This document shows, piece by piece, positions 45,302 to 48,988 of a stretch of 48,988 bases of DNA. The notes beneath the pieces are model-generated. The model ran no database searches. It had not been told where the DNA came from and saw only the letters and a list, made by a program, of their open reading frames with translations. Within the stretch, counting starts at the first letter, position 1; each line of letters begins with the position of its first letter. The DNA is from Candidatus Deferrimicrobiaceae bacterium (GTDB lineage Bacteria > Desulfobacterota > Deferrimicrobia > Deferrimicrobiales > Deferrimicrobiaceae), in contig JBAVJZ010000018.1 of the NCBI GenBank assembly GCA_049688015.1, positions 1 to 48,988 on the forward strand, given 5' to 3'. Both the position numbers and the translations under genes were made by a program.

Positions 45302-46654
45302 TCAGAGCTGCTCGCCCAGGATTCCTCCCCGCCCCCGTCGTTTCGATTCGTACATCAACCGGTCGGCGACATTCAGGATCGTTTCCCGCTCCGGGGAATC
45401 CGGTAGACACGCCGCATAGCCGATGCTGGCGGTAAAGGATATCGTCGCCCCCTCCTTGGTGTCGAGGCGGACCTGGGAAATTCCCGCCGCGATGCGGCCT
45501 GCTATGGCGGAGGTCGCCGCGAGGTCCGTCTCGGGGAGAATCACGGCGAACTCGTCACCCCCGTAGCGGGCGGCCACGTCGCTCTTCCGAAGATGCGCGC
45601 AAAGAACGCCCGCCGTCATCATCAGGATGCGGTCTCCGACGATGTGGCCGTGCGTGTCGTTGATTTCCTTGAAGCCGTCGAGGTCCAGCATAATCACGGA
45701 GAGGGAACGTCCGTATCGCACAGCTCTCTCGATCTCGATCAGAAGCCTCGTGTGGAACGCCCCGTGGTTGTGCAGGAGCGTGAGGGAATCCTTGTCCGCG
45801 AGTGTTTTCACGAAGTGGAAGAGTTCGGCATTCTCGACCGCGATCGCAATGTACGTAGCCAGCACGCGCAACGTCGCAAGCGACTCCCCGTCGAAAGCAT
45901 TCGGCACCGGGTGGTTGATGTTCAGGATGCCGACTACTTTTCCCTTCGAGAGCAAGGGTACGGACATGAAGGACCGTACCTCCGGCTTCTCCCCGTTGTA
46001 GTCCCGGAAATCCGGGGTGGCCCGAACATCCGGGATGTAGACCGCCTCCCCCGACTCGAACACTCGCCACGAAATCCCTTCTCCGCGCCCTATGGCGAAG
46101 TCTGAGGAAACGGCGGGAGGCATCCCCGCGGAGGCGCGGCACACGAGATTCCCGGATTCCGGCTGGTAGAGGAGGACACAGAAGTCATTCAGCCCGAGCA
46201 CTTTCATGACCCGTTCGGGAATGATGCGAAACAGCTCCTCGGTGTCCAGCGTGCCGGCGACCGCCGTGGAGACCTCGTAGATGGAATGCAGGTCCTTGAT
46301 CTTGGCCTCCAGGTGCGATTGGGTTTCTTCCAAATCTCGGCGGAGACGCTCGAACTGCCGCAACTTCTCCTCGCGGTTCCGGATTTTCCCCTCGAGGGAT
46401 TCGATCTCCCGCCCGCACCGTTCGGCCACCGCAGCCGCAACCGGGGTAAGAATCCCCGCCTCGACGGGGAAATTTTTTCCGGAACCCGAGGAAATCTCCC
46501 TTTGCCACCGGTCGGCGGTCCGGAAGATGCTGCGGTTGAAATACAGGAACAGCGCCGCGCCGAGGGCGAATTCCCCGCAGACGGCGAACCATGCGGGAAG
46601 TCCTGCCTGTCGAAACCCACCCGGCGACAGGGCAATGGACAGGACCGTTATCAC
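45302..46654 (-). CDS. GAF-domain diguanylate cyclase (TM/coiled-coil - GAF - GGDEF)
   Basis: ...KDSLTLLHNHGAFH...VIMLDLDGFKEINDTHGH..GD...RKSDVAARYGGDEFAVILPE (RxxD I-site + GGDEF). GAF-like region before it. The in-frame hydrophobic sequence continues upstream of the GTG at 46654, so the start is possibly the CTG at 46711 preceded by AAGGA. Confidence 0.85.
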   Translation of the reverse strand: MITVLSIALSPGGFRQAGLPAWFAVCGEFALGAALFLYFNRSIFRTADRWQREISSGSGKNFPVEAGILTPVAAAVAERCGREIESLEGKIRNREEKLRQFERLRRDLEETQSHLEAKIKDLHSIYEVSTAVAGTLDTEELFRIIPERVMKVLGLNDFCVLLYQPESGNLVCRASAGMPPAVSSDFAIGRGEGISWRVFESGEAVYIPDVRATPDFRDYNGEKPEVRSFMSVPLLSKGKVVGILNINHPVPNAFDGESLATLRVLATYIAIAVENAELFHFVKTLADKDSLTLLHNHGAFHTRLLIEIERAVRYGRSLSVIMLDLDGFKEINDTHGHIVGDRILMMTAGVLCAHLRKSDVAARYGGDEFAVILPETDLAATSAIAGRIAAGISQVRLDTKEGATISFTASIGYAACLPDSPERETILNVADRLMYESKRRGRGGILGEQL

Positions 46655-46798
46655 GGAAACCCCGATCCAGATAGTGAAAAAAGGAAATGTCCACCGGATA
46701 CCGGGTCCCAGGGCAAGATCCTTTCTGCGGGAAGTCTCCCATCCATGGAAAACCTAACACGATTTACGCGTGACGAGATAGCAGGAAATAGGAACCCG

Positions 46799-48988
46799 TC
46801 AGAAGACGGCCCCGATCGTGAAGTTCCACTCCCCGGCGGATTCTCCCTCCCGTCTGTCCAGTTTCCACCCGTAGTCCACGGCAACCGGGCCGACCGGCGT
46901 GATGTAGCGGAGCCCGATACCCGCGGTCTCCCGGAGATCAAAACCGTATTGAGGGTCATTTTCGAACCACACGCTCCCCGTATCCAGGAAGAAGGCGACA
47001 AGGAATCCGTATTTCAGGGGAACCCGCAGTTCGACGTTCCCGTTGACCATGTAATCCCCCCCCGTGAGGCTCCCGTCGGGGGCACGCGGACCAAGGTAAT
47101 CCTCCTTGAACCCCCGGACGGTCGTCCTCCCGCCGAGGAAGAAGCGCTTCTGGATGGGAACTTCTTCCGAGGTTCCGAAGGGCCTTACGACGCCCGCCCG
47201 AGCGGACACCACGAAGGTATTCCTCCGAAATACGGGATGGTACCAGCTGGACTGGCCGACAAACTTGTAATATTCCACTTCCGACCCCAGGGCGGAAGTG
47301 GCAAGTTCCGCGGATCCCGAGTGGAAGGTTCCCCGTTTCGGGTTGAACGGATCGTCCCGGAAATCGAGGACGAACAAACCCCGGATGGCCGAGATGAGGG
47401 CGGTTCCCTGGTCCTCCGGCGATAGGACGGCCCCCGGCTCGACATCAAAGATATCATCCTGGGACAACTCGTACTGCAAGGACACGGAGGACCGGCCAAA
47501 AATCGTCTTGTTGATGCTGGTTACGATGCTCGTCTTCCGAAAACTGAAACTATTACGCTGGGCCTCGGTATGGGATGCTGTTACTCCCCCCTCCCACTTC
47601 CACCGGTTTCCTAAAACCCACGGCTCACGAAGGTCCGCGAGGTAGATCTGCTCCTTCTCGCTTGCGGATATGCGTGTGGAAAGTCTCCTTCCCTTCCTGT
47701 TCAGGTTCTTGTTCTTCGCGCCTACGAACCCACGTAAGCGCGTATAGGAACCGTACCCCACACCGTACTCGACCTCGAAGTAGAGGGTCTCCTCCACCTC
47801 GACAATGAGGTCGAGGATCCCTTCGTCCGGCCGTTTGACCTTTTGCAGGCGAACCGATTTGTAAAGCCCCGTGCCGAAGACAGCCTGCTGGAATTTCAGC
47901 ATCTCCTTCTCCCCGGCCGGGGCTCCCTCGGGAATGGTGAGCTCCCGGGTGACCACCACGGAGTCGGTGAGCACGTTCCCCTGTACGACAACATTTCCCA
48001 GGCGATACCGCGGCCCTTCCTCGATGTGGAAATAAATGCTGGCCGTGTCTCCCCCCTCGTCCGCCTCGAACCGGGTACTCACGGAGACGTCAAGATACCC
48101 TGCGTTCCGGTAATGTGCCGCAATCGCCTCCTCGTCCTGGTCCAGCACGCTGTAATCGACAAACTGCCCTTCACGGTTTTTGATCAGACGAAGGATTTCC
48201 TCTCTCAGAAAGTGGTCGTTTCCCTGCACCCGGATTGCCCTGAGCCGATATTGCTTCCCCTCCTCTATGTGGATGGTCGCCGTAATTCCCCCCTTGTCGT
48301 CCCAATCGGTGTCCACGGAGGTAATGCGTGCCCGGGCGAACCCTTCCTTCTGGTAGAGCCCGATCACCGCTGCGAGGTCGGCTCTCCATTCCTCCTCGTC
48401 GAATTTCCCGGAGCTCGTGATAAAGTGGAAAAATCCCCGTTCCGAAGAGAGCATCTGCTTCCTGAGCTTTTTCCCCGACATGCTCGCGTTCCCCGTAAAA
48501 CGGATGCTTTTCAGGAATCCCGCCTGCCCTTCCGTAAGGATTATCCTCAGAGAGCGGCCGCCGTCGGGCTTCTTTTTCACTTCGATATCGACCGACGCCT
48601 TGAGGTAATCCTGCCCCCGGTAAAAGGAGAGCAGACGTTCTCTCAGTTCGTATTCCAGCCCACCTTCGGTGAGTTCGCCTTCCTCCGCGTAGATCCCCGA
48701 CACTTTCTCGAGCTTGCCGACGGAGAATCGGTGCGCTCCCTCCCACACAACTTCGTACCGGGGACCTTCCTCCACCCGGACGGTAAGGCACAGTTCTTTC
48801 CTGTCTTCGCAGGACATCCCGGGTTCCGGTATGCGCACCGTCAGGAATCCTTCCCGCTTGTACGCTCCCCGCAGCCTCTTCACCCCTTTTTCCCATTCCC
48901 GGAAGTCGAAGCGGGAACCGGGAGAAACACCGAGAAGCTCCTCCAGCCTTTCCCGGGGGAAAAACGCACTCCCCGGTGCCTGCATTTC
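46799..48988 (-). CDS. bamA: Outer-membrane protein assembly factor BamA (N-terminus off the window)
   Basis: ORF of more than 728 aa that stays open to the window edge. POTRA repeats (...VRVEEGPRYEV..., ...IHIEEGKQYRL..., ...FHIEEGPRYRL...), an Omp85 barrel, and a terminal ...NFTIGAVF. Confidence 0.9.
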   Translation of the reverse strand, partial: EMQAPGSAFFPRERLEELLGVSPGSRFDFREWEKGVKRLRGAYKREGFLTVRIPEPGMSCEDRKELCLTVRVEEGPRYEVVWEGAHRFSVGKLEKVSGIYAEEGELTEGGLEYELRERLLSFYRGQDYLKASVDIEVKKKPDGGRSLRIILTEGQAGFLKSIRFTGNASMSGKKLRKQMLSSERGFFHFITSSGKFDEEEWRADLAAVIGLYQKEGFARARITSVDTDWDDKGGITATIHIEEGKQYRLRAIRVQGNDHFLREEILRLIKNREGQFVDYSVLDQDEEAIAAHYRNAGYLDVSVSTRFEADEGGDTASIYFHIEEGPRYRLGNVVVQGNVLTDSVVVTRELTIPEGAPAGEKEMLKFQQAVFGTGLYKSVRLQKVKRPDEGILDLIVEVEETLYFEVEYGVGYGSYTRLRGFVGAKNKNLNRKGRRLSTRISASEKEQIYLADLREPWVLGNRWKWEGGVTASHTEAQRNSFSFRKTSIVTSINKTIFGRSSVSLQYELSQDDIFDVEPGAVLSPEDQGTALISAIRGLFVLDFRDDPFNPKRGTFHSGSAELATSALGSEVEYYKFVGQSSWYHPVFRRNTFVVSARAGVVRPFGTSEEVPIQKRFFLGGRTTVRGFKEDYLGPRAPDGSLTGGDYMVNGNVELRVPLKYGFLVAFFLDTGSVWFENDPQYGFDLRETAGIGLRYITPVGPVAVDYGWKLDRREGESAGEWNFTIGAVF

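Noticed and set aside
1-48988. Scan for CRISPR arrays, transposase/IS ends, prophage modules, toxin-antitoxin pairs, reverse transcriptases and known defence-system genes.
   Set aside because: No regularly spaced direct repeats and none of the signature proteins were seen. Every ORF over 60 aa outside the annotated genes is explained as an overlapping-frame artefact.

Overview
High-GC (roughly two-thirds G+C by eye) chromosome segment of a Gram-negative-type bacterium (BamA, TolC, lipoboxes). It is almost entirely densely packed core housekeeping genes, mostly on the minus strand, with many 4-nt ATGA/GTGA start/stop overlaps. Read in the direction of transcription on the minus strand (high to low coordinates): bamA (partial); GAF-GGDEF, 6TM-GGDEF, a sensor-less histidine kinase and a low-GC lipoprotein; then rnr, an REC-acidic protein, valS (interrupted), nadC, a SurA_N-like gene and queD; then rsmD-coaD and aspC; lysE; NDP-sugar pyrophosphorylase/PMM fusion, MBL hydrolase, coaBC, udg, rlmI-like, nfeD-stomatin, spoIID, queA-tgt-yajC-secD-secF, recJ; DUF2062, speB, pdaD, fabH, rimI, pyrK-pyrD; rimP-nusA-ylxR-infB (partial). 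Plus-strand blocks are a Nudix gene, a TolC/MacA/ABC-ATPase/FtsX-permease efflux operon followed by mqnA and a DUF1858 gene, and tRNA-Leu(CAG). I found no CRISPR array, transposase, integrase, phage module or recognisable defence system. I also cannot point to a clear-cut novel multi-gene system. The observations most worth a second look are: (1) an in-frame TAA that splits valS into a 724/729-aa body and a 156-aa coiled-coil tail; (2) the only compositionally foreign DNA in the window, a ~37% G+C lipoprotein gene next to tRNA-Leu and downstream of an orphan kinase/c-di-GMP cluster; (3) that cluster's architecture, in which a 6TM sensor is fused to GGDEF and overlaps a sensor-less kinase by 8 nt; (4) an REC protein with a long acidic disordered region and a conserved-looking helical tail; (5) candidate CTG starts; and (6) a few unexplained intergenic repeats and palindromes. 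Start codons are often uncertain because the ORF track uses ATG, GTG and TTG starts. All family assignments are from motif recognition by eye, not database searches.
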